Assembly: GCF_007748075.1 (NCBI RefSeq)
Contig: NZ_CP036280.1
Coordinates: 2,070,001 to 2,102,000, forward strand
DNA from: Mucisphaera calidilacus
GTDB lineage: Bacteria; Planctomycetota; Phycisphaerae; Phycisphaerales; Phycisphaeraceae
Direction: 5' to 3'
DNA length: 32,000 nucleotides
The notes under the pieces were generated by a model. That model was not told the DNA's origin, did not search any database, and saw nothing but the letters and a program-made list of their open reading frames with translations. The translations under genes were made by a program, and so were the position numbers. Below, piece by piece: positions 16,351 to 24,713 of the stretch; within the stretch, counting starts at the first letter, position 1; each line of letters starts with the position of its first letter.

Positions 16351-17301
16351 ATGGCTAAGTCAGCACTCACGCTCGGCGTCGATCTCGGTGGCACGAATAT
16401 TCAGGCGGGTCTTCTGAGCGCGGAGGGCAAGCTGCTCGCTCGTGACAGCACGAAGACGAAGGCGGACGAGGGGGCGGAGGCGGTGCTCAAGCGGATCGTG
16501 AAGCTGTGCGACGGCATCCTTGAGGCAGCGGGTGTGGATCACGACGACGTTGCGGGGATGGGCGTGGGCGCGCCGGGTGCGCTGGACGTGTCGAAGGGTG
16601 TGGTGATCGAGGCGGTGAATCTGCGTTGGAATGACTTTCCGCTGGCGAAGAAGCTGGGCGAGATGGCGGAGATGCCGGTGGTGATCGACAACGACGTGAA
16701 CGTCGGTGCGTGGGGTGAGTATCACGCGGGTGCGGGGACCGAGGGGCAGGACATGCTGGCGGTGTTCATCGGCACGGGGATTGGTGGCGGGCTGATCATC
16801 AATGATCGGCTGTACCACGGGCACTTTTTCACGGCGGGCGAGATCGGGCACACGACGGTGGCGGCGCACGCGAGCATCGGTCGTCGGACGGTGGAGAATC
16901 TGGCGAGCCGGAATTCGATGGTGCTGCTGATCCAGAAGCTGATCATGTCGAATCACCCGTCGTGGCTGGTGGAGGCGACGGAGGGCGACCTCGGCAAGAT
17001 CCGGTCGAAGCTGCTGGCGCAGGCGGTGAAGAAGCAGGACCCGCTGGCGGTGGAGGTGGTGGCGCACGCGGCGGAGGTGGTGGGGATCGCGATCGCGAAC
17101 GCGGTGACGCTGTTGAGTCTGCCGCAGGTCGTGGTGGGCGGGGGTCTGGCGGAGGCGATGGGCGATGGGTTGATCAAGCGGATCCGCGAGGCGTTTGACC
17201 GTCATGTGTTCCCGGGCGAACTGAAGAAGTGCAAACTGGTGGCGAGCAAGCTGGGTGATGACGCGGGCGTGATCGGCGCGGCGCTGCTGGCTCGGGAATA
17301 G
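16351..17301 (+). CDS. ROK family sugar kinase (glucokinase-like)
   Basis: Contains LGVDLGGTNIQAGLL, VIDNDVNVGAWGE, GTGIGGGLI and GEIGH. The CxCGxxGC zinc motif that usually follows GEIGH is absent. Confidence 0.85.
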   Translation: MAKSALTLGVDLGGTNIQAGLLSAEGKLLARDSTKTKADEGAEAVLKRIVKLCDGILEAAGVDHDDVAGMGVGAPGALDVSKGVVIEAVNLRWNDFPLAKKLGEMAEMPVVIDNDVNVGAWGEYHAGAGTEGQDMLAVFIGTGIGGGLIINDRLYHGHFFTAGEIGHTTVAAHASIGRRTVENLASRNSMVLLIQKLIMSNHPSWLVEATEGDLGKIRSKLLAQAVKKQDPLAVEVVAHAAEVVGIAIANAVTLLSLPQVVVGGGLAEAMGDGLIKRIREAFDRHVFPGELKKCKLVASKLGDDAGVIGAALLARE

Positions 17302-17354
17302 CCTTCTGTTAGGGTAGCCGAGGCAAAAAATGTCAAACGGGGTAAACCTGAGGC

Positions 17355-17383
17355 TTGATTTACGTCCCCAGATTCACTAGATT
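17355..17383 (+). promoter_or_regulatory. candidate sigma70-type promoter inside the glk-yjbQ spacer
   Basis: TTGATT (17355-17360), a 17-nt spacer, then TAGATT (17378-17383), in an AT-richer intergenic stretch. Confidence 0.3.
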
Positions 17384-17387
17384 TTCA

Positions 17388-17469
17388 CGTAGGGAAGTTA
17401 CTGGCTTCCCTCCAGAAACCGCTTTCTCCCCTCCGCCCCGTTGTCGCCTCGCGGCAGCGGGGTTTTTTT
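17388..17469 (+). ncRNA. candidate small RNA (about 80 nt, promoter to intrinsic terminator)
   Basis: 5' hairpin GGGAAG-UUACUGG-CUUCCC (17392-17410), a single-stranded CU-rich tract CUUUCUCCCCUCC (17422-17434), then a strong terminator. It may instead be only the glk 3'UTR. Confidence 0.3.
17436..17469 (+). terminator. rho-independent terminator
   Basis: A 12-bp stem (CCCCGUUGUCGC / GCGGCAGCGGGG, two G-U pairs, loop CUC) is followed by U7 (17463-17469). The tail exists on the + strand only. Confidence 0.75.
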
Positions 17470-17477
17470 GATGTCGA

Positions 17478-17873
17478 TCAGGTCTGGAGGTGGAGGTATG
17501 CCTTGCGGTTTCGCGGGCCGTCGAATTCGCAGAAGTAGATGCCCTGCCAGGTGCCGAGCACGAGGCGTCCGTCTCGGATGAGGAGGGTGGCGGAGGATCC
17601 CATCATGGAGGCCTTGACGTGGGAGGCGCTGTTGCCCTCGGCGTGTCGGTAGAAGGGTTGCGACCAGGGGACCATGACGTCGAGTTGTCGGAGCATGTCG
17701 TGGACGACGTCGGGGTCGGCGTTCTCGTTGATGGTGAGGCCCGCTGTGGTGTGGGGGACGTAGACGACGGCGGTGCCGTCGGTGATGCCGGCCTGATTGA
17801 TGTGCTGCTGGACCTGCGCGGTGATGTCGACCATCTGGTCGCGTGATTGTGTGGGGATGGCGAGCGTGATCAT
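17478..17873 (-). CDS. yjbQ: YjbQ/UPF0047 family protein (secondary thiamine-phosphate synthase-like)
   Basis: Family-typical sequence (VDITAQVQ..., VVYVPHTTAGLTINENADPDVVHDM, HVKASMMGSSATLLIRDGRLVLGTWQGIYFCEFDGPR). Confidence 0.85.
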   Translation of the reverse strand: MITLAIPTQSRDQMVDITAQVQQHINQAGITDGTAVVYVPHTTAGLTINENADPDVVHDMLRQLDVMVPWSQPFYRHAEGNSASHVKASMMGSSATLLIRDGRLVLGTWQGIYFCEFDGPRNRKAYLHLQT

Positions 17874-17898
17874 GGGATCACGATATCACGCGGGGTGC

Positions 17899-18504
17899 TT
17901 ACTGGGCGGCGTTGGGTCGGTCGATGGCGATCTTCATCATGGTGGGGAGGAGGTAGTTGGCGCCGCGGTAGGCGAAGACCTGTCCGGAGATGATGAAGGT
18001 GATCGTGTTGCCGCGTTGGGACATGTAGTCCTCCATGTCTTCGCGGAGGGCGCAGGGCTGGAGGATCATGGGGAGGGTTGGCTGCTGGTCGTCCTGGGCT
18101 TCGAAGACGAAGAGCAGGTGTGCGCCGTCGGTTGAGGGCCGGAGGTGTCCGCGTCGTCCGATGATGAAGGATCCGTCGCGGAGCAGCGGCGGCGCTTCTT
18201 CGCCCGGCGCGAGTCCGAGGACGGTGCGGTCGATGTCGACGGAGGAAGCGGGCATGGCGACGGCGTTGGGGTTGTCGTCGTTGTCGCGGTCGGGAGCGAT
18301 TCGGAGGGAGTTCTCGCGTTTTTCGAGCATCCGCTGGACGACGTTGTCGGCGTCGACCTTGTCGGGTGCGGGCTCGTCCTGGGCGAAGACGGCGGGTGTC
18401 TGGAGGCTGCCTATGGCGGCGACGATGGCCGTGGCGATGAGGGTGGCGACGGCGGCGCTGCGCCAGTTGCTGGTGGGGTTGTGTCTGCGGTTTTGGTGTG
18501 TCAT
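17899..18504 (-). CDS. hypothetical secreted protein
   Basis: N-terminal signal peptide (AAVATLIATAIVAAIGSLQTPAVFA-QD). Same strand and tight spacing with glmS and yjbQ. No family recognised. Confidence 0.5.
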   Translation of the reverse strand: MTHQNRRHNPTSNWRSAAVATLIATAIVAAIGSLQTPAVFAQDEPAPDKVDADNVVQRMLEKRENSLRIAPDRDNDDNPNAVAMPASSVDIDRTVLGLAPGEEAPPLLRDGSFIIGRRGHLRPSTDGAHLLFVFEAQDDQQPTLPMILQPCALREDMEDYMSQRGNTITFIISGQVFAYRGANYLLPTMMKIAIDRPNAAQ

Positions 18505-18567
18505 GGGTCGGCTCCTGATCGCTCCCCTGCTCCCGTGGGTTCGCCGATGGTCTATGTCGTTATCGGC

Positions 18568-20448
18568 TCATTCTACGGTGACGCTCTTGGCGAGGTTGCG
18601 GGGTTTGTCGACGTCGTGTCCGCGCAGGACGGCGGCGTGGTAGGCGAGTAGTTGGAGGGGGATGACGGTGACGAGGGGCTGGAGGGGTTCGGGGACGTCG
18701 GGGACCTCGAAGACGAAGTCGGCGTAGCGTGCGATGTTGGTGTCGCCCTCGCTGGCGACGGCGAGGATGCGTCCGCCTCTTGATCGGACCTCTTCGATGT
18801 TGGAGATGACCTTCTCGTACTGGGAGCCGCGTGTGGCGACAAAGACGACGGGCATGCCCTGGTCGATGAGGGCGATGGGTCCGTGTTTCATCTCGGCGGC
18901 GGGCATGCCTTCGGCGTGGATGTAGGAGATTTCCTTGAGCTTGAGGGCGCCTTCGAGTGCGACGGGGTAGTTGAAGCCTCGTCCGAGGAAGAGCCAGTTG
19001 TCGCGGTCGATGACCTGCTCGACGACGTCGCGGATGCGGTCGGACTGCTGGGTAATGGTGTTGATGTGGTCGGGGATCTGGTCGAGTGCTTCGAGGTAGC
19101 GTGCGACGTCGGCCTCGGCGAGGAATCGTCGTCGTCCGACGTAGAGGCTGATGAGGGTGAGGACGGCGACCTGTCCGAGGAAGGCCTTGGTGGAGGCGAC
19201 GCCGATCTCGGGTCCGACGTGGAGGTAGACGCCCGCGTCGGTTTCGCGTGCGATGGTGGATCCGACGGTGTTGACGACGCCGAGGGCGAAGGCACCGCGG
19301 TCGCGGGCCTCGCGGAGTGCGGAGAGGGTGTCGGCGGTCTCGCCGGACTGGCTGATGGGGATGATGATGGAGCCGTCTTCGATGATGGGGTTTCGGTATC
19401 GGAATTCGGAGGCGTACTGGACGCGAGCGGGGATCTTGGCAAGGTCTTCGAGGAGGTATTCGCCGATGAGCCCGGCGTGGAAGGCGGTTCCCTGTCCGGT
19501 GAGGATGATGCGTTGGGCGCGGGCGAGGAGTCGTGTGTGCTGTGCGAGTCCGCCGAGGATCACGCGTCCGTCGCGTCGGTCGATGCGTCCGCGGAGGCAG
19601 GTTCGGAGCGTCTCGGGCTGCTCCATGATCTCCTTGAGCATGTAGTGGGGGTAGGGCCCGAGTTCGATCTGGTCGAGGTCCATCTCAAGTTCGGTGATCT
19701 GGGCGGAGACGGGGATGTTGTCGATGGTGGTGGTTCGGAGTTCGACGGACCAGGGCTCGTCGGTGTCGGCTTTCTGGTCGTTGGGTCCGGCGCAGAGCCG
19801 GACGACCTGATAGTCGTCGAGTGCGACGACCTGGGTGGTGTGAGCGACGATGGCGGAGGCGTCGGAGGCGACGAGGTAGCTGCGGTCGGCGACGCCGACG
19901 ATGAGGGGCGAGCCCTTGCGGGCGCCGATGAGTGTGTGGGGTTCGGCGGAGGTGATGACGGCGATGGCGTAGGCGCCGGTGACTTCGCGGAGTGCGGCCT
20001 GGACGGCCTGTTCGAGGTTGCCGTCGTAGACCTCGGCGATGAGCTTGGCGAGGACCTCGGTGTCGGTCTGGCTGGAGAAGGTGTGTCCCTTGCCCTCGAG
20101 GTAGGTTCGGAGGGTTCGGTAGTTCTCGATGATACCGTTGTGGACGACGGCGATGGTGTGTCCGTCGCGTGTGGTTCCGGTGTGGGGATGAGCGTTGGCC
20201 TCGGAGGGTTCGCCGTGGGTGGCCCATCGTGTGTGCGCGATGCCGATGGTGCCGTGGAGGTTGGGTGTCTGCTCGACGTTGTCTTCGAGGACGGCGACGC
20301 GTCCGACGGAGCGTGCGAGGTTGATGCCGTGTTCGTTGCCGATGGCGACGCCTGCGGAGTCGTAGCCGCGGTACTCGAGTCGTTTGAGTCCCTCGACGAG
20401 CAGGCGTGAGGCCTGCTGGGATCCGACGTATGCAACGATTCCACACAT
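18568..20448 (-). CDS. glmS: glutamine--fructose-6-phosphate aminotransferase (isomerising)
   Basis: N-terminal MCGIVAYVG nucleophile, two SIS domains, and the C-terminal LAKSVTVE. GGAGA lies upstream of the ATG. Confidence 0.97.
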   Translation of the reverse strand: MCGIVAYVGSQQASRLLVEGLKRLEYRGYDSAGVAIGNEHGINLARSVGRVAVLEDNVEQTPNLHGTIGIAHTRWATHGEPSEANAHPHTGTTRDGHTIAVVHNGIIENYRTLRTYLEGKGHTFSSQTDTEVLAKLIAEVYDGNLEQAVQAALREVTGAYAIAVITSAEPHTLIGARKGSPLIVGVADRSYLVASDASAIVAHTTQVVALDDYQVVRLCAGPNDQKADTDEPWSVELRTTTIDNIPVSAQITELEMDLDQIELGPYPHYMLKEIMEQPETLRTCLRGRIDRRDGRVILGGLAQHTRLLARAQRIILTGQGTAFHAGLIGEYLLEDLAKIPARVQYASEFRYRNPIIEDGSIIIPISQSGETADTLSALREARDRGAFALGVVNTVGSTIARETDAGVYLHVGPEIGVASTKAFLGQVAVLTLISLYVGRRRFLAEADVARYLEALDQIPDHINTITQQSDRIRDVVEQVIDRDNWLFLGRGFNYPVALEGALKLKEISYIHAEGMPAAEMKHGPIALIDQGMPVVFVATRGSQYEKVISNIEEVRSRGGRILAVASEGDTNIARYADFVFEVPDVPEPLQPLVTVIPLQLLAYHAAVLRGHDVDKPRNLAKSVTVE

Positions 20449-20624
20449 GCGCGAAGTCTCCTTTGTACAGCCCGTGCGCCCGGGTTGAGTATCGGCCAGC
20501 GTGGGGCTGTTCTCAGCGCGGGCATGGGTTAACCGCGAGAGAACTTGTCCTCTCGGGTGCTTACGTCATGGTTACGCGGAGGGATCGCGCGGTTGTGAGG
20601 GTTGTGCGCAATCTGTGTATTGAA

Positions 20625-21449
20625 TCAGTTACCGGTTCTGAACCGTTTCGAAGACCTGGGTACCTGTCGGGGTCCGGGTTTTCGGGGGTAGGTGACGGCG
20701 GTGAGCATCATGTCGCCGTAGCGTTGCCAGAGTTCGTCGTCGGAGAGTTGGGTGTCGGACTTATAGAATTCGACGGTGATGGTGGGGATCTGCTGGTCGA
20801 CGCCAAGCCATGAGCCGAGAGATCCGGGTCGGCTGCCGAGTTTCTTGACCGGGAGGTTGGCGGCTTCGGCGAGTGCCTCGGCGAGGGGGAGGGTTATGTC
20901 TTCGGGTCCGTCGTAGTCGATGCAAACGAGGGGCTGGTGGAGAGTGATGACGCGAGAGGGTTTTCGGGGGAGGCTTCGGAAGAGGTCGAAGAGGGCGCGT
21001 GACTCGGGTTCGGAGAGGGGTCGTTCGCCGTGACGGTCGCGTTTGGTGGTGTGGTTGCGAGCGGGGAAGTTTCGGTTGAGGTCGATGCCGTTGTTGTTGT
21101 AGCGTTGTCCCTTGGCGAGTCCGTCGGGGTTGGCGTTGTTGACGATGATGATGGTCTTGTTGAGGAGCAGTTCGGGGTTGGCCTTGAGGACGGCTCCGAG
21201 TTGCCGTGAGAGGGGCACGCCAGCGGGCTCGCTGCCGTGGATGCCGGCGACGAAGACGATGTGTTCGTAGCCGTTGCCGAGCTTGTGACACTCGATGCCT
21301 CGGCCGTCGAGTGATCGCCCGATGATGGAGTAGGACTCGGGTACGCTTTGGGGCGGCTCGGGTGCGGTCACGTTAATTTCCGTGGCGGATCGGCAGCCAG
21401 AGAGTGCGATGAGCGCGGCCGTTACAAAGAGGCCGAGGGTGCGAAGCAT
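20625..21449 (-). CDS. M14 family zinc carboxypeptidase lipoprotein (MpaA / murein peptide amidase-like)
   Basis: Lipobox ALSGC, zinc motif AGIHGSEPAG, plus NANPDG, DLNRNF and ITLHQP. Start placed at ATG 21449; the R/P-rich extension to 21842 is rejected. Confidence 0.8.
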   Translation of the reverse strand: MLRTLGLFVTAALIALSGCRSATEINVTAPEPPQSVPESYSIIGRSLDGRGIECHKLGNGYEHIVFVAGIHGSEPAGVPLSRQLGAVLKANPELLLNKTIIIVNNANPDGLAKGQRYNNNGIDLNRNFPARNHTTKRDRHGERPLSEPESRALFDLFRSLPRKPSRVITLHQPLVCIDYDGPEDITLPLAEALAEAANLPVKKLGSRPGSLGSWLGVDQQIPTITVEFYKSDTQLSDDELWQRYGDMMLTAVTYPRKPGPRQVPRSSKRFRTGN

Positions 21450-21469
21450 GCGTGTCTCCGTGGGGTTCG

Positions 21470-22558
21470 TCAGCCCGGTGTCGGGCAGGCGTCGTCGTTC
21501 CTTGCGAAGGCATTCTGAGTTGCGTTCTCGGGATCTGCAAGGCGGCCGGGGCCGTTGGTGGTGTAGAAGCGGTCGAGGACGTGGTGCCAGTCGGCGAGGG
21601 TGCTGACGCTGATGAAGGCGTTTTTGATGTCGTCGGCCCGGGGGTGGTGACGCGCGAACTTGATGCCGAACTTGCGCATCATTTTGGAGGCGGGGATTTC
21701 GCCGTGGAGTTGGAGGGAGCATTCGAAGTGGCGGAGGAGGACGGCGCGTTGTTCGTGGATGGTGGGGGGTCGGTCTGCCTCGTCGGGGTTGTTGTCGAGG
21801 AGGGCTCGTGCCTGGCGGAAGATCCAGGGGTTGCCGATGCACCCGCGGGCGACGGAGACCCAGTGGACGCCTGTCTGCTGGATCATGCGGAAGATGTCGC
21901 GTGCGGTCCAGACGTCGCCTGAGCCTCCGATGGTGAAGGTGCCGGTGCGGTTGGCGGCGTCGCGGTAGCGTTGGGTGAGGTCGGCGAGGAAGCCCCAGTT
22001 GGAGGGGCCGATGTATTTCTGTTCGACGGTTCTGCCGTGGACGGTGGCGCCGGCGTAGTCGTTGTCGATGGTGGCCTCGAAGATGGCGAAGAAGCGTTGA
22101 GCGGCTTCGGGCGAGTCGTCGGAGGCGCGTCGGAGCTTGACGGTGAGGGGGATTTCGTCGGGGACGGCGTCGCGGACGGCTTTGAGGATGTCGATGGCGG
22201 TGTCGGTGGCGGAGAGGAGGTGTCCGCCTCGGGCCTTCTTCTTGATCTTCTTGACGGGGCAGGCGAGGTTGACGTCGATGACGTCGTAGCCGAGGTCGGC
22301 GAGGATGGCGGCGCCCCGTGCGATGTCGTGGGGGTTGGAGCCCATGAGCTGGCCGGTGATGGGGTGGTCGTTGTCGGGGATTTCGGCGGCGTGTCGTGCT
22401 TTTCCGCCTGCGATGAGGAAGTGGTCGAGCATGGCTTCGGTGACGCAGTGGGGGCAGCCGTGCTCACGTGCGACCACCCTCATGGCGTGATCGGAGTATC
22501 CTGCGAGTCCCGCCTGATAGAAGGGCGCATCAATCTGGAGGTTGCCAAGTCGGATCAT
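21470..22558 (-). CDS. tRNA-dihydrouridine synthase
   Basis: The N-terminus aligns with DusB (MIRLGNLQIDAPFYQAGLAGYSD vs MRIGQYQLRNRLIAAPMAGITD). Contains DVIDVNLACPVKKIKKKARGGHLL. Confidence 0.9.
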   Translation of the reverse strand: MIRLGNLQIDAPFYQAGLAGYSDHAMRVVAREHGCPHCVTEAMLDHFLIAGGKARHAAEIPDNDHPITGQLMGSNPHDIARGAAILADLGYDVIDVNLACPVKKIKKKARGGHLLSATDTAIDILKAVRDAVPDEIPLTVKLRRASDDSPEAAQRFFAIFEATIDNDYAGATVHGRTVEQKYIGPSNWGFLADLTQRYRDAANRTGTFTIGGSGDVWTARDIFRMIQQTGVHWVSVARGCIGNPWIFRQARALLDNNPDEADRPPTIHEQRAVLLRHFECSLQLHGEIPASKMMRKFGIKFARHHPRADDIKNAFISVSTLADWHHVLDRFYTTNGPGRLADPENATQNAFARNDDACPTPG

Positions 22559-23057
22559 GCGCAGTCACTATAGGTCACCGATCCTTCGAACCCTGTTCAC
22601 TTTTTTCGCTGTGGTCTGTTTGATGCTGTCGGGGTGCCGTGGGACGGAGTCGGTGGTATCGGGTGCGGAGCGTGCGGAGTTTTCGCAGCTGTCGTATCCG
22701 TCGGACGCGACGGTGGGCCCGCCGCTTGAGGTTCACGTGGTGCGTGACGGTCGTCGTGGTCTGCGGGTGATGAACCTGACGCCTGCGGATCTGGGCCGGG
22801 TTCAGGTGTGGCTCAACGCGGAGTACGTGCGTGTGGTGGACGAGGTGGCGATCGGTGAGACGTGGTTGTCGCTGCGTCGTTGGGTGAATGGTTTTGGTGA
22901 GTCTTACCCGACGGGGACGTTTTTCTCGCCGGACAAGAACCAGCCGCTTGCGTTGGCGGAGGTTTATGACCCGTCGACGGGTCTTCGTCGTCAGCTGGTG
23001 GTTCGTCGGAGCGATGACCGCCGGGCGACGGGCGCGTTGACGACGGTTTCGGACTGA
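22557..23057 (+). CDS. hypothetical lipoprotein
   Basis: Signal peptide plus lipobox (RTLFTFFAVVCLMLSGC). Start is either ATG 22557 or 22542; both overlap the divergent dus start codon. No family recognised. Confidence 0.5.
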   Translation: MRSHYRSPILRTLFTFFAVVCLMLSGCRGTESVVSGAERAEFSQLSYPSDATVGPPLEVHVVRDGRRGLRVMNLTPADLGRVQVWLNAEYVRVVDEVAIGETWLSLRRWVNGFGESYPTGTFFSPDKNQPLALAEVYDPSTGLRRQLVVRRSDDRRATGALTTVSD

Positions 23058-23089
23058 TTCTTCCGGCCCCCTGAGTGAAGGAGTTACTC

Positions 23090-24688
23090 GTGCAGATGAT
23101 CGAGGATAAGGCGGCGTTGTATCGGTTCCAGAAGAAGCACCTGTGCAAGGTGCGTGGTGTCGGGATCACGCTGGACGTATCGCGGATGGGATTCCCGGAG
23201 AGTCTGTGGACGGACATGTCGCCTGTGATGCGTGGCGTGTTCGAGGCGATGGACGCGCTGGAGGGGGGCGCGATCGCGAACCCGGACGAGGAGCGGATGG
23301 TGGGTCATTACTGGCTGCGTGCGCCGCACCTGGCGCCGGAGCAGTCGCTGAGCGACGCGATCCAGCAGACGACCAACGACGTGATCGCGATGGCGGATGC
23401 GGTGCACGGCAAGGAGGTCGTTCCGGAGAAGGCGGCGCGGTTCACGGAGTTGCTGGTGATCGGGATCGGGGGGTCGGCGCTGGGTCCGCAGCTGACGGCG
23501 GATGCGTTGGCGGGCAAGCGGAACAAGCTGAACCCGCATTTCCTGGACAACACGGACCCGGACGGCATCGAGCGCACGCTGCTGGGTCTTAAGAGCAAGC
23601 TGAAGTCGACGCTGGCGGTGGTGATTTCGAAGTCGGGCGGTACGCCTGAGACGCGCAACGGGATGCTGCTGGCGAAGGCCGCGTACGAGGCGCAGGGGTT
23701 GACGTTCGCGAAGCACGCTATAGCGGTGACGGGGGTGGGTTCGAAGCTGGATCAGGTGGCGGAGGGCGAGGGGTGGCTGCGTCGGTTCCCGATGTGGGAC
23801 TGGGTGGGCGGCCGGACGAGTCTGATGTCGGCGGTGGGGCTGGTGCCGATGGCGTTGCAGGGGATCAACGTGCGGCTGCTGCTGGAGGGCGCGGCGTTGA
23901 TGGACGAGGCGACGCGTGAGCCGGACGTGAAGAAGAACCCGGCGGCTCGGCTGGCGTTGATGTGGCATTTCGCGACCGGTGGCAAGGGGGAGCGTCAGAT
24001 GGTGATGCTGCCTTACAAGGATCGTCTGGTGTTGCTGTCGAAGTACCTGCAGCAGCTGGTGATGGAGTCGCTTGGCAAGGCTCAGACGCTGGAGGGCGAT
24101 TCGACGAAGCAGGGCATCACGGTGTTCGGGAACAAGGGTTCGACGGATCAGCACGCGTACGTGCAGCAGCTGCGTGACGGCCTGGACGATTTCTTCGCGA
24201 CGTTCGTCGTGGTGATGCAGGAGTATGCGACGCCCGGCAAGCGGAGCGAGGTGGAGGTTGAGCCGGGGATCACGGCGGGAGACTACCTGCGTGGTTTCTA
24301 CATGGGGACGCGTACGGCGTTGTACGAATCGGGTCGTCCGTCGATGACGATTCTGCTGGACAAGCTGGACGCGAAGTCGCTGGGCGGTCTGCTGGCGTTG
24401 TACGAGCGTGCGGTGGGTTACTACGCGACGCTGGTGAATATCAACGCGTACCACCAGCCGGGTGTGGAGGCTGGCAAGAAGGCGGCGGGCGTGGTGCTCG
24501 ATCTGCAGAAGCGTGCGGTAGAGCACCTGCGTGGCGTGGGTGCGGAGGGGATGACCGTTGAGGCGTTGGCCGAGGCTCTGGGTGCCACAGAGCAGATCGA
24601 GGACCTGACGTTCATTCTGGAGGGTCTTGCGGCGAACAAGCGGCGGGTCAAGCGTGTGCGCACGAGTACGTATGCGGCGTTGTCGTGA
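23090..24688 (+). CDS. pgi: glucose-6-phosphate isomerase
   Basis: PGI motifs (IGIGGSALGPQ, VISKSGGTPET, GGRTSLMSAVGL, NAYHQPGVEAGK). AAGGAG (23078-23083) favours the GTG at 23090; ATG 23096 or GTG 23075 remain possible. Confidence 0.92.
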   Translation: MQMIEDKAALYRFQKKHLCKVRGVGITLDVSRMGFPESLWTDMSPVMRGVFEAMDALEGGAIANPDEERMVGHYWLRAPHLAPEQSLSDAIQQTTNDVIAMADAVHGKEVVPEKAARFTELLVIGIGGSALGPQLTADALAGKRNKLNPHFLDNTDPDGIERTLLGLKSKLKSTLAVVISKSGGTPETRNGMLLAKAAYEAQGLTFAKHAIAVTGVGSKLDQVAEGEGWLRRFPMWDWVGGRTSLMSAVGLVPMALQGINVRLLLEGAALMDEATREPDVKKNPAARLALMWHFATGGKGERQMVMLPYKDRLVLLSKYLQQLVMESLGKAQTLEGDSTKQGITVFGNKGSTDQHAYVQQLRDGLDDFFATFVVVMQEYATPGKRSEVEVEPGITAGDYLRGFYMGTRTALYESGRPSMTILLDKLDAKSLGGLLALYERAVGYYATLVNINAYHQPGVEAGKKAAGVVLDLQKRAVEHLRGVGAEGMTVEALAEALGATEQIEDLTFILEGLAANKRRVKRVRTSTYAALS

Positions 24689-24713
24689 ATCGGATTTGAA
24701 AGGGCCTGATGCG

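Noticed and set aside
18883-20409. 508-aa ORF on the + strand, antisense to glmS
   Set aside because: Antisense artefact of a GC-rich gene; glmS is unambiguous.
20449-20624. Possible glmS ribozyme in the glmS 5' leader
   Set aside because: I could not find the conserved glmS ribozyme core by eye; only a small CGAGAG/CUCUCG hairpin is present. The element is mainly known from Firmicutes and Deinococcus-Thermus. A cmscan search would be decisive.
20625-21842. Long versions of ORFs from the track (405-aa M14 ORF; also 24627.., 26124.., 14386.., 14516.., 10604.. starts)
   Set aside because: The upstream extensions are R/P-rich or lack signal-peptide logic. Internal ATGs give canonical N-termini or lipoprotein signal peptides, and several of them have SD motifs.
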